Notes under the pieces: model-generated
The model's database searches: none
Told to the model about the DNA's origin: nothing
What the model saw: the letters and a program-made list of their open reading frames with translations, nothing else
DNA from: Vicinamibacterales bacterium
GTDB taxonomy: Bacteria > Acidobacteriota > Vicinamibacteria > Vicinamibacterales > CAVVIG01
DNA length: 63,067 bases
NCBI GenBank assembly: GCA_036489235.1
Contig: DASXGC010000064.1
Coordinates: forward strand, 1 to 63,067
Reading direction: 5' to 3'
Shown: in pieces, positions 44,611-53,593 of the stretch
Layout: every line of letters begins with the position of its first letter
How positions within the stretch are numbered: position 1 is the stretch's first letter
Position numbers and translations under genes: made by a program

Positions 44611-45561
44611 ATGCGACCGAAGAGTCTCGTGTTCTCGATCTTGATTGCCTCGCTGACGCTCGCTTCGCCGGCGTTGGCACAGCAACCGCCGCCGCCTGGC
44701 GCGCCGCTTCCGCCGCCTCAGCAACCGCCGCCGGGAGCCGCGATGCAGGCTCCCCCAGTGTACCCGCCGGAAGAGCTCGATCGAATCGTTTCGCCGATTG
44801 CGCTCTACCCGGATCCGCTGCTGGCCCAGGTGCTCGCGGCCGCAACGTTTTCACCGGATATCCCTCCCGCAGCACAGTGGGCCGATCAGCACCACTACCT
44901 CACCGGGCAGGCGTTGGTGGCGTCGATGACGGCGGATCGACTTCCGTGGGATCCGTCGGTGCAAGCCCTGCTGCCGTTTCCGTCGGTGCTCGGCATGATG
45001 GCGTCCAACATGCCGTGGACCGAGGAAATCGGGGCGGCGTTCCTCGCCCAGCAGACCCAGGTGATGGACGCCGTCCAGCGCATGCGTCAGCGGGCACAAT
45101 CGTACGGCTACCTGCAATCCAACGCACAGGTCGCCGTGCACACCGGACCGTACATTGTCATCGCGCCGGTCAACCCCGCCGTGGTCGTGGTGCCCTACTA
45201 CAATCCGGTCGTCGTGTTCGCGCCGCCCCGACCCGGCGTCGTGGTCTACGGCCAGATCGGGTACGGCTACGGGGTGTCAGTCGGAGCGGTGTTCGCACCG
45301 TGGGGCTGGGGCGCGACCCATTTCGCCTGGAACACCCACGTCGTGGTCGTGAACAACGCGCCCTGGCAACGGGTATGGACCAACCGCACGGTCTACGTGC
45401 ACCCGTATGCGGTGCCGCGTTACGCCGTCGATCGACGAGCGCCCGAAGTGCACCGCGTTGTTCAGCGCAGCCCGGCCGAGCGCGAAGCCGAGCGGACCGG
45501 CCACGCCGTCCACGAAGAGCACCGCAAGGAAGAAGAGAAAAAGAAACCGAACGAGCGCTAG
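44611..45561 (+). CDS. DUF3300-domain exported protein with a Pro-rich N-terminus
   Basis: Signal peptide, a QQPPPPGAPLPPPQQPPPG stretch, then IVSPIALYPDPLLAQVLAAATFSPDIPPAAQW. Confidence 0.7.
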   Translation: MRPKSLVFSILIASLTLASPALAQQPPPPGAPLPPPQQPPPGAAMQAPPVYPPEELDRIVSPIALYPDPLLAQVLAAATFSPDIPPAAQWADQHHYLTGQALVASMTADRLPWDPSVQALLPFPSVLGMMASNMPWTEEIGAAFLAQQTQVMDAVQRMRQRAQSYGYLQSNAQVAVHTGPYIVIAPVNPAVVVVPYYNPVVVFAPPRPGVVVYGQIGYGYGVSVGAVFAPWGWGATHFAWNTHVVVVNNAPWQRVWTNRTVYVHPYAVPRYAVDRRAPEVHRVVQRSPAEREAERTGHAVHEEHRKEEEKKKPNER

Positions 45562-45571
45562 TAGGCGCACG

Positions 45572-46741
45572 TCAGACGGCGACTTCGTGGTGCCCGCGAG
45601 CGGGGCCCCACTGCGTGAGCGCGATCGCGACGCCGACAGTCTGCACGAGGACGACCAGCGCGACGCAGGCTGCCCAACCGCCGGCATTCCAGAACAGCGA
45701 CGGCAGCGCCGCCCCGGTGCTGCCGCCCGCGTAATAGAAGGTCGAATACATGCCGACGGCGACGCCTCTGTCCTGAGTCGTCACCGCGCCGATGTAGCTC
45801 GTCGCGGTCGCCTGCGCGACGAAAACGCCGGTCGCACACAACGCCAGGCCGGTGACGATCGCTGGCAGAGACGGTGCAAGCGTCAGCAGCGCGCCGGCGG
45901 CGCCGAGCGCCATCGCCGATGCGAGACCGGCCCGGTGCCCGTACACGTCAATCCACCGGCCCGAAATCGGCGTGACCACGGCGCCGACCAGGTAGACCAC
46001 GAACAGCCAGCCGAGCGCTCGCGTGCTCAGATCGAACGGCGGCGCCGCCAGGTGAAACGTCACGTAGGTGAACATCGCGACCTGCGTGAAGAGCACCGTA
46101 AAACCGACGCCGCACGTCGCGACGAGTCGCCGGTTCGCGAGGAGGTGACCGAGACCTCCGCTGACCGCGGGCGGCGACACTCTCACATCCCGTTTCTCGC
46201 TCGGCAACCACCAGAAGAGCGCTGCGGCAATCAGCGCGTTGAACGCCGCGAGCGCGACGAACGACATCGACCAGGTGAAGACCGCGGCAGTCAGGCCGGC
46301 AACCAGCCTGCCGGTGAACCCACCGACGACCGTACCGCTCATGTACATCGCGGTGCCGCGACCGGCGCGGTCGGGCGGCCAGACCTCGTGAACATAGGCG
46401 ATCGCGCTGGCGAAAATTCCCGGCGTCATGAGGCCCTGGACGAACCGCCACGCGATCAACTGGTGCAGGCTGGCCGACGTCGCCGCCATGACCGTCGTAA
46501 CGGTCAGCGCGCACGCCGATCCGACGATGACCCGGCGCAGCCCGAAGCGGTCGGCGACGCGTCCGATGATCGGTGCGGCTATCGCCACGGCGACCGTCGG
46601 CGCGGTGACGGTCAGACCCACTTCGAAGGTGGACGCGTGGAATGTCTTTGCCAGCAGCGGCAACAGCGGCTGCGTGGCGTAGAGATCGAGAAACGCTGCG
46701 AACCCGGCGAGCGTGATCGGCAGTGTCGGCGGCGGTCGCAT
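45572..46741 (-). CDS. MFS transporter
   Basis: A 12-TM pattern. ..GRVADRFGLRRV.. is a motif-A-like loop. Confidence 0.8.
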   Translation of the reverse strand: MRPPPTLPITLAGFAAFLDLYATQPLLPLLAKTFHASTFEVGLTVTAPTVAVAIAAPIIGRVADRFGLRRVIVGSACALTVTTVMAATSASLHQLIAWRFVQGLMTPGIFASAIAYVHEVWPPDRAGRGTAMYMSGTVVGGFTGRLVAGLTAAVFTWSMSFVALAAFNALIAAALFWWLPSEKRDVRVSPPAVSGGLGHLLANRRLVATCGVGFTVLFTQVAMFTYVTFHLAAPPFDLSTRALGWLFVVYLVGAVVTPISGRWIDVYGHRAGLASAMALGAAGALLTLAPSLPAIVTGLALCATGVFVAQATATSYIGAVTTQDRGVAVGMYSTFYYAGGSTGAALPSLFWNAGGWAACVALVVLVQTVGVAIALTQWGPARGHHEVAV

Positions 46742-46806
46742 CTGATGGCTGACTATACTGCGCGAATTGCCATCCGCGCGCTGCTCCGCTCGACGCTGAC
46801 GCGTTT

Positions 46807-47034
46807 CTACTGGGCCGGCTTGTCGTCGCTGCCGGTGACCGCGGCCTCCGCCGCCGCGAAACCAATCTTCGAGTGCGTCCCATCGCAGAACGGCTTATTG
46901 GTGGACCCGCCGCACCGGCACAGCGCGATTGGGCGCCGCGCGACGGGATAGGCGTTTCCGTTCCAATCCACGACCGTCACATCGTCGCCCTCGACGAGAT
47001 ACGGTCCGTTCGTCCTGAGCTTGATCGTCGTCAT
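46807..47034 (-). CDS. CDGSH-type iron-sulfur domain protein
   Basis: The [16 protein letters not shown] motif. Confidence 0.85.
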   Translation of the reverse strand: MTTIKLRTNGPYLVEGDDVTVVDWNGNAYPVARRPIALCRCGGSTNKPFCDGTHSKIGFAAAEAAVTGSDDKPAQ

Positions 47035-47100
47035 CGCTGTGCTCCCTCGTGCGCCTGCTGATTCGTTGACGTTGTGGCCTTGCCGTCGTTGGCGTCGAAA

Positions 47101-48498
47101 TTACTTTTGCATTGACGACAGGAACTCGGCGTTCGTCTTGGTCTTCGACATCTTGTCGATCAGGAGTTCCATCGCCTCGACCGGCGAGAGCGGGTTCAGG
47201 ACTTTCCTCAGCACCCAGATGCGGTTGAGATCGTCCTTCGGGATGAGCAGCTCCTCTTTCCGCGTGCCGCTCTTCTGGACGTCGATCGACGGAAACACGC
47301 GCTTGTCGGTCAGTTTTCGATCCAGATGGATTTCCATGTTGCCGGTGCCCTTGAACTCCTCGAAGATGATGTCGTCCATCCTCGAGCCGGTGTCGACCAG
47401 GGCCGTCGCCATGATCGTGAGCGAGCCGCCCTCCTCGATGTTGCGCGCGGCGCCGAAAAAGCGCTTCGGCTTCTGCAGCGCGTTCGAGTCGAGGCCGCCG
47501 GACAGCACCTTGCCCGATGGCGGGATCACGGTGTTGTAGGCGCGCGCAAGACGGGTGATCGAATCGAGCAGAATCAGCACGTCTTTCTTGTGCTCGACCA
47601 GGCGCTTGGCCTTTTCGATCACCATTTCGGCGACCTGGACGTGCCGTTGGGCCGGCTCGTCGAACGTGGACGAGATCACTTCGCCGTCCACCGAGCGCTG
47701 CATGTCGGTGACCTCTTCCGGCCGCTCGTCGATCAACAGCACCATCAGATAGATCTCGGGGTGGTTCTTCGCGACCGACTGCGCAATGCTCTGCAGCAGC
47801 ATGGTCTTGCCGGTTCTCGGCGGCGCGACGATCAGGCCTCGCTGTCCCTTGCCGATCGGCGTCCACAGATCCATCACGCGGGCGGAAATGCTTTCCGGCA
47901 GCTCGAGGGTGATGCGTTCCTGCGGATAGAGCGGCGTGAGGTTCTCGAAGAACAGCTTTTCGCGCGCCTGATCCGGCGCTTCGAAGTTGACCGCCTCGAC
48001 CTTGATCAGGGCGAAATAGCGTTCGCCTTCCTTGGGTGGCCGAATCTGGCCCGACACCGTGTCGCCGGTCTGCAGATCGAACTTCCGGATTTGCGACGGC
48101 GAGACGTAGATGTCGTCCGGCCCGGGCAGGTAGTTGTAGTCAGGCGCACGCAGGAAGCCGAAGCCGTCCGGCAGCACTTCCAGAACACCTTCGGAGAAGA
48201 TGAGCCCGCTCTGCTCGGTCTGCGCCTTCAGGATCTGGAAGATCAGCTCCTGTTTGCGCATGCCGGTGGCGCCGCCGACGGTCAGGTCCTTGGCGATCTG
48301 GGTGAGCTTCTGGATGCTCATGTCCTTCAGATCGGTGATGTTCAGGCCTTCGCCCGGCCGGCGGACCGGCTGCGCCGCGGCTGCAGGTGCCTCGGGAGCC
48401 GTGGGAGCGGCGGCGGTGGCGGTTTGTTCGGCGTTGTCCGTCGGCGTCTGGCCGTTCGCGCCCCGCCCTTGAGCGGGACGTTTGTGATTACTGGGCAT
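47101..48498 (-). CDS. rho: Transcription termination factor Rho with an Ala/Pro-rich N-terminal extension
   Basis: An N-terminal helix bundle (..[16 protein letters not shown]..), a CSD-like RNA-binding domain and Walker A PPRTGKT. An alternative GTG start lies at 48537. Confidence 0.95.
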   Translation of the reverse strand: MPSNHKRPAQGRGANGQTPTDNAEQTATAAAPTAPEAPAAAAQPVRRPGEGLNITDLKDMSIQKLTQIAKDLTVGGATGMRKQELIFQILKAQTEQSGLIFSEGVLEVLPDGFGFLRAPDYNYLPGPDDIYVSPSQIRKFDLQTGDTVSGQIRPPKEGERYFALIKVEAVNFEAPDQAREKLFFENLTPLYPQERITLELPESISARVMDLWTPIGKGQRGLIVAPPRTGKTMLLQSIAQSVAKNHPEIYLMVLLIDERPEEVTDMQRSVDGEVISSTFDEPAQRHVQVAEMVIEKAKRLVEHKKDVLILLDSITRLARAYNTVIPPSGKVLSGGLDSNALQKPKRFFGAARNIEEGGSLTIMATALVDTGSRMDDIIFEEFKGTGNMEIHLDRKLTDKRVFPSIDVQKSGTRKEELLIPKDDLNRIWVLRKVLNPLSPVEAMELLIDKMSKTKTNAEFLSSMQK

Positions 48499-48582
48499 GA
48501 AAACTCTCGAGCATGAAGTGGAGGTGTTGTCGAACACGGGCCGGCGGCCCGAAGGATTCAGTGAGGTGTGCTAGCCAAGGCG

Positions 48583-48611
48583 AGTATAGGACCGGCGGGC
48601 ACAAGTTTCAA
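48583..48611 (-). promoter_or_regulatory. Candidate sigma70 promoter of rho (TTGAAA-17-TATACT)
   Basis: The hexamers are read on the minus strand, with -35 at 48606-48611 and -10 at 48583-48588. This leaves a leader of roughly 75-80 nt before the ATG at 48498. Confidence 0.5.
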
Positions 48612-48628
48612 GCCTGCCGGCCAGAGTC

Positions 48629-49000
48629 TCAGAGAGCGTAAGGGTTCTGTCCTATCGACACGATGCTGCAGGCGACGATCGGCTGAAGTCCCAGCGCCCG
48701 GGCACGCGCGATGAGCTCGTCGCTCTCCGCTCCTGGATTGATCCACACCTCGGGAATGCCCTTCCTGGCTATCTCGGCAATGACCTGTTCGCCGATCGAC
48801 GGCTGAAGGTAGATCGACGCCATGTCGATTGGCCCAGGAACGTCCAGTACCGACGCGTACGCCTTCAGGCCTTCGACTTCGGTCTCGTGGGGGTTGATCG
48901 GGATGACGGTGTAGCCCTGGTCCCGATAGGCGCGCACGGCGCGGTTGCCGAACTTGCGGCGGTTGGTCGAGGCGCCGATCACGGCGACCACTTTGCTCAT
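48629..49000 (-). CDS. CoA-binding domain protein (YccU/YneT-like)
   Basis: MSKVVAVIGASTNRRKFGNRAVRAY..GYTVIPINP.. Only the last 123 aa of track ORF 48629..50854 look like protein. Confidence 0.75.
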   Translation of the reverse strand: MSKVVAVIGASTNRRKFGNRAVRAYRDQGYTVIPINPHETEVEGLKAYASVLDVPGPIDMASIYLQPSIGEQVIAEIARKGIPEVWINPGAESDELIARARALGLQPIVACSIVSIGQNPYAL

Positions 49001-49026
49001 GGCTTCAGTATACGGCCGGCACCGGC

Positions 49027-51318
49027 TCAAGGCCTTCGCTTGGCAGGCTCGAGGTGATACAGACCAATGCTGCCCTGAATCGCGCGCCGATGGAGCGCCG
49101 GTTCGCGATCGAGGTTCCGTATCGCCTCGGCGTCGAGCCGATCGAAATCGACGAACACGTCGGTGACGCCGGCAGCGCGCAGCGCCGCGATCGACGACCC
49201 GTTCGGAAAATCCTTCATCGCCAGGTAGTGCTGCTCGTAGCTCGGCGGGATGAAGCCGCTGTAGCCGTTGAGAAGCGGTTTCCAGTTCAGCGTCGAATCC
49301 AGCAGGTACGCGGCGTCGCGGAACTGCCGCTCCGGCGGCGCCATCGGCATTTCGGCGACGATCGCGTGAGGATCCGAAGATGGCAGAGAGTAGATCGATG
49401 GGATGCTGTCGAAATGGGCGTACCAGATCGGAATCGCCATCGGCTCCGCGAACAACAGACCCACGACCGCGAGCGATGCCGCGATATTCGCGAGGCGCGG
49501 CTGGGGAAATCGCTGGCGCAGAATCGCGACGCCGTAACCCGCGAGCACGGCGATCGCCACCAGACCCAGATATCCGAAGCGGGCGGTGGTGCGAATGCCC
49601 TGCAGAATCGGGACGGTCCGGTAGAAGAACTCGTAGCCCGGAGCGATCGCCGGGCCGAACGACAGAATGACGCCGCACACGCCGAAGGCCAGGCACATCC
49701 GGGCGCGCCGGTCGGTGAAGGCCTTCAACGACACGATCGCGACCACCGTCAGCAGCAACGCAATCGTCCCTGGAAACAGCCCGACTGCGCCGCCGGCAAA
49801 TGTGTGGAAACGCGACGGTGTCGTCAGGTAATCCCGGACCTGCGCGGCAAAGAATCCGACCTCGTCCAGCGATCGCGAAAATCCTTGTTGGTGGAGACGC
49901 CAGTACGGCAGAAGAAACGGTGCGAGCGCGATGCCCGCGAGCCCCGCTGCGAACGCCAGCATCGGCGCCACGGTAGCGAACCGGCGGCCGAACCAGTCCT
50001 CCGGTCGAACCAGGATGCCAACCGCAAGCGCCACCGCGGTGAAGACCAGCAGGTAGACCGATGTGAGCGCCTGAAGGGTGAACCAGAACGCCAGCCAGAC
50101 GGCCGACGTCCACCGCGGCCGCCGCAGCAGCGCGTCGAGCGAGATCAGGGCGAACGGCAGAAACTCGACGTGCAACGCCTGCAGGTGTGGCATCCGCGAC
50201 AGCGTGTGGGCGTTGAAGGCCATCAGCACGCCCGCGGCGATTCCGGCGACCCAGTCGTTGGTCCATCGTGTCACCGTCAGGCACATCGCCCATCCGGTCA
50301 ATGTGAAGCCGGCGAGCAGCACCAGGTTGTAAGCCAGCACCGGCGACGCACCGAGCCACAACGCCGGCGCCGCCATCGCATCCTGAACCAGCAGCGTCTC
50401 CGCATAGGCGACGGTGTGATGTTCCGGGTAGAACATGTTGCCGTCGAACAACTGCAGCGGATGACGCGGTAACTGGTGCGCGAACCAGGCCAGCGTCCAC
50501 TCGTTGAGGTTGGTGTCGGCGTTGTCGTTGCGTGAAAGGTGGGCGGGATCGGTCGCCAGAGGCCAGGTCTGAATCACCGTCAGGGCTGCGAAGAGCGCAA
50601 GGCTGATGAACGCCCGCCTGCGATTCCAACTCGAAGCCGACGTCTGCTGATCGGTCGTGTCCAGGTGAGGGGTCGGCGAACTCCGATAAAGCAACGCCAG
50701 CCACGCCGCCAGGGTGATCGCCAGCAAGCCGATCGCAGGAAAGAGCCAATCGAGCATGCGGATCAGCGTCAGGCTCACCGCGCCTTTTGGTCGCGTGGAG
50801 AGCAGCCATCCGGGCACAGGTCCAAGCGGTTGGCCCTCCGGCGCCGACGACCACTCGAGGTGGTAAGGACCGCCGCTGTGCAGGTACTCGAGCACGATTG
50901 CGTGCGAGCCACGATCGAGTCGCCGCCGCGCAATCGACGTGACCGTGCCGTGGCTGCCGTCGTTCGCCACAATCGTTTCATCGTCGAGACGGATCTGCGA
51001 CCGATCGGCGGAGGTGGTCGCGAACGCGTAGACACCGGGCTGCTCGACGTACAGGAAGCCTGTCCAGCGCGCGCTGAACGTGTCCGGCGGCTTGAACTCC
51101 CAGTCCCGCGAAATCTGCTCGGTCGAGATCAGTGAATCGATGACCGAGCGGTCGGTGCCGCTCAAGTCAACCGTCGAGAAGTAATGCGCGTGGAGTCCGG
51201 GTCTGGCGAGGAGCTGAGAGCGGCACAGGCCGATCACGATCCATAGCCCAAGCGCGACCGTGAACCCCAGGGTGACGCGGGCGCGTCGCTTGCGCAAGGG
51301 ATCCGGAGGATCGGCCAC
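49027..51318 (-). CDS. PA14 domain fused to a polytopic GT-C-like membrane protein
   Basis: An N-terminal TM helix is followed by GLHAHYF..FSARWTGFLYVEQPGVYAFATTSADRSQIRLDDE (PA14). Then come more than 10 TM helices and a soluble C-terminal domain. Confidence 0.7.
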   Translation of the reverse strand: MADPPDPLRKRRARVTLGFTVALGLWIVIGLCRSQLLARPGLHAHYFSTVDLSGTDRSVIDSLISTEQISRDWEFKPPDTFSARWTGFLYVEQPGVYAFATTSADRSQIRLDDETIVANDGSHGTVTSIARRRLDRGSHAIVLEYLHSGGPYHLEWSSAPEGQPLGPVPGWLLSTRPKGAVSLTLIRMLDWLFPAIGLLAITLAAWLALLYRSSPTPHLDTTDQQTSASSWNRRRAFISLALFAALTVIQTWPLATDPAHLSRNDNADTNLNEWTLAWFAHQLPRHPLQLFDGNMFYPEHHTVAYAETLLVQDAMAAPALWLGASPVLAYNLVLLAGFTLTGWAMCLTVTRWTNDWVAGIAAGVLMAFNAHTLSRMPHLQALHVEFLPFALISLDALLRRPRWTSAVWLAFWFTLQALTSVYLLVFTAVALAVGILVRPEDWFGRRFATVAPMLAFAAGLAGIALAPFLLPYWRLHQQGFSRSLDEVGFFAAQVRDYLTTPSRFHTFAGGAVGLFPGTIALLLTVVAIVSLKAFTDRRARMCLAFGVCGVILSFGPAIAPGYEFFYRTVPILQGIRTTARFGYLGLVAIAVLAGYGVAILRQRFPQPRLANIAASLAVVGLLFAEPMAIPIWYAHFDSIPSIYSLPSSDPHAIVAEMPMAPPERQFRDAAYLLDSTLNWKPLLNGYSGFIPPSYEQHYLAMKDFPNGSSIAALRAAGVTDVFVDFDRLDAEAIRNLDREPALHRRAIQGSIGLYHLEPAKRRP

Positions 51319-51331
51319 AGGCAGGCTTAGC

Positions 51332-52537
51332 TTAGCGTGTCGATGTTGTTTGCGGCGCGTGCTTGCCGACGAACTCCAGCAGACGGGCGCTACCCTCCTT
51401 GAGCAGCGCCATCGAAGTCGCGAACGAGATCCGGATCGTCCCCGGCGCGTCGAACGCCTCGCCAGGCGTCACCGCGACCCGCGACTCCGCGAGCAGCGCA
51501 TCGGCGAACTCGAGCGACGTTCGCAGCCCGTCGATGGACAGCACGTCGCCAATGTCCACGAACATGTAGAACGCGCCGGCCGGCTTGCTGCAGCGCAGTC
51601 GTGAATCCGCGGTCAGCCAGGAATGCAGCTGATCGCGTCGGACGCGATATTCGTCGAGCATTGCCTGCACCGGCTCCTGCGGACCGTCCAGTGCGGCCAG
51701 CGCGGCTTTCTGTGTGATCGAGGTGACGTTCGAGGTGCAATGGCTCTGGATCGCCGATGCGGCAGCGATCATCGCGGCCGGCCCGATCTGCCAGCCGCAG
51801 CGCCAGCCGGTCATCGCGTACGCCTTCGACGCCGACCCGCACAACACCGACTGTTCGGGACACGTCTCCGCGAGGACGCGGGGCAGGTTGTGCGGCACCG
51901 AATCGAAGATCAGTTTCTCGTAGCAGAGATCGACCACGATCCAGACGTTCCGCGACGCCGCGGCCTCGCCGATCGCACGCAGTTCCCCTTCGGCGATCAG
52001 GGCACCGGTCGGGTTGCCGGGAGAATTGATGATGATGCCGCGCGTCCGCGGCGTGACCGCGGCGAGAATCGCATCCGCCCGGACGGCGAAGCCGTCCTCG
52101 ACCCGGGTCCGTACGATCACCGGCGTCGCCTCGGCGAGCTTGACCTGCTCGGTCAGCGTCGGCCAGTACGGCGCGTGCGTAATCACCTCATCGCCCGGTC
52201 CGAACAACGCCAGCGCGGTGTTGTAGAGCGCTTGTTTGCCGCCAGCCGTCACCACCACCTGCGACTCGGTATAGCTGACGCCGTAGTCGGCTCTGTAGCG
52301 GTCGCAGATCGCGCGCTTGAGATCGGCAATCCCGGAGACCGGTGTGTAGCGAGTGAAGTTGGCGTCGATCGCGGCATGCGCCGCGCGCTTGATCGCTTCA
52401 GGCGTCGGGAAGTCCGGCTCCCCCGCGCCGAAGTCGATCACCTCGACGCCCGATCGCCGCAGCTGATCCACCGCCGCGGTCACCTTCATCGTCGGCGATC
52501 CGGAAATTCGTGACGTGCGTTCCGCCAGCCTGGTCAT
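51332..52537 (-). CDS. Class I PLP-dependent (aspartate) aminotransferase
   Basis: The SASKAYAMTGWRCGW Lys motif, plus ..INSPGNPTG... Confidence 0.85.
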   Translation of the reverse strand: MTRLAERTSRISGSPTMKVTAAVDQLRRSGVEVIDFGAGEPDFPTPEAIKRAAHAAIDANFTRYTPVSGIADLKRAICDRYRADYGVSYTESQVVVTAGGKQALYNTALALFGPGDEVITHAPYWPTLTEQVKLAEATPVIVRTRVEDGFAVRADAILAAVTPRTRGIIINSPGNPTGALIAEGELRAIGEAAASRNVWIVVDLCYEKLIFDSVPHNLPRVLAETCPEQSVLCGSASKAYAMTGWRCGWQIGPAAMIAAASAIQSHCTSNVTSITQKAALAALDGPQEPVQAMLDEYRVRRDQLHSWLTADSRLRCSKPAGAFYMFVDIGDVLSIDGLRTSLEFADALLAESRVAVTPGEAFDAPGTIRISFATSMALLKEGSARLLEFVGKHAPQTTSTR

Positions 52538-52539
52538 GG

Positions 52540-53025
52540 TTACTTCTTCAGTCCTTTGCCGCGCAGCCGCTCCTCGACCAGATCGGGCACCAGCCCGTTG
52601 ACACGGCCGCCGAGCGAGAACACTTCCTTGATCAGTCGCGAGCTCAAATAGGTGTACTTCTCGGCCGGCATCATGAACACCGTCTCGATCGCCGGCCTCA
52701 GGTGCTGGTTCATCAGCGCCATCTGAAACTCGAACTCGAAGTCCGACACCGCTCGCAGGCCGCGCACAATTACCTGGGCCTGCCGACGCTCGACGTAGTC
52801 CACCAGCAGCCCGTCGAAGGTATCGACCTCGACATTCGCAAACGGCGCGAACACGCTCCGTGCGATTTCGACCCGCTCGCCCATCGAGAACAGCGGCGCC
52901 TTCTCCGCATTCACCAGGATGGCCACGACGATGCGGTCGAACAGCCTCGCTCCGCGCGAGACGATGTCCACGTGACCGTTGGTCAGCGGATCGAACGAGC
53001 CCGGGTAGACGGCTACAGTGGACAT
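52540..53025 (-). CDS. coaD: Phosphopantetheine adenylyltransferase
   Basis: AVYPGSFDPLTNGHVDI. Confidence 0.95.
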   Translation of the reverse strand: MSTVAVYPGSFDPLTNGHVDIVSRGARLFDRIVVAILVNAEKAPLFSMGERVEIARSVFAPFANVEVDTFDGLLVDYVERRQAQVIVRGLRAVSDFEFEFQMALMNQHLRPAIETVFMMPAEKYTYLSSRLIKEVFSLGGRVNGLVPDLVEERLRGKGLKK

Positions 53026-53576
53026 GAGTAGAAAGAGAGTGCAGAGTCGCCGCTGATTACCTGACGGCCGCGTACCAGCGTGCCGGCCCCTTCCGGCGAC
53101 GGCCGGCGCTTCGCGTGTTCGAGAATCAGCACGCCGCCCGGCGTCAGCAGATCGGCGGTTCCGGCGATCACCGTCGCCACGTCCGCCGCCGCCGTGTCGT
53201 ACGGTGGATCGAACAACGCGAGATCGATCGATGACACCGCAACATTTTCAATGGCGCTCTCGATGCGACCGCGGACAATAGCATAGCCGTTTTCGACGCC
53301 GCAGTGCGTCAGGTTGTCCGCGATCAGCGCCTGCGCTCGACGATCGGCTTCCACAAAGGTCACCATCGCTGCGCCCCGGCTGATGGCTTCGATGCCGAGC
53401 GCGCCGGTTCCGGCGTACCCGTCCAGCACCGACGCACCGGCAATGCGCGGCGCCAGAATATTGAACAGCGTCTCGCGCAACTTCTCGGACGTGGGTCTCA
53501 ACCCTTCCCAGGTCGGCGCTTTCAAACGGCGGCCTTTGAGAGAACCGGCGATCACACGAAGTGAAAAGGTAGCCAT
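53013..53576 (-). CDS. rsmD: 16S rRNA (guanine966-N2)-methyltransferase RsmD
   Basis: VLDGYAGTGALGIEA and the DPPY motif. It is in the conserved position upstream of coaD. Confidence 0.9.
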   Translation of the reverse strand: MATFSLRVIAGSLKGRRLKAPTWEGLRPTSEKLRETLFNILAPRIAGASVLDGYAGTGALGIEAISRGAAMVTFVEADRRAQALIADNLTHCGVENGYAIVRGRIESAIENVAVSSIDLALFDPPYDTAAADVATVIAGTADLLTPGGVLILEHAKRRPSPEGAGTLVRGRQVISGDSALSFYSCPL

Positions 53577-53593
53577 CTTCAGTGTGCCCCGGG

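Noticed and set aside
46895-48516. ORFs 46895..47866 (-) and 47326..48516 (+)
   Set aside because: They are out of frame with, or antisense to, rho.
49001-50854. Upstream 618 aa of track ORF 48629..50854 (741 aa), and ORF 49054..50472 (+)
   Set aside because: These lie out of frame with, or antisense to, the PA14/GT-C membrane protein. Only the last 123 aa (the CoA-binding domain, with its own ATG at 49000) look like a real protein.
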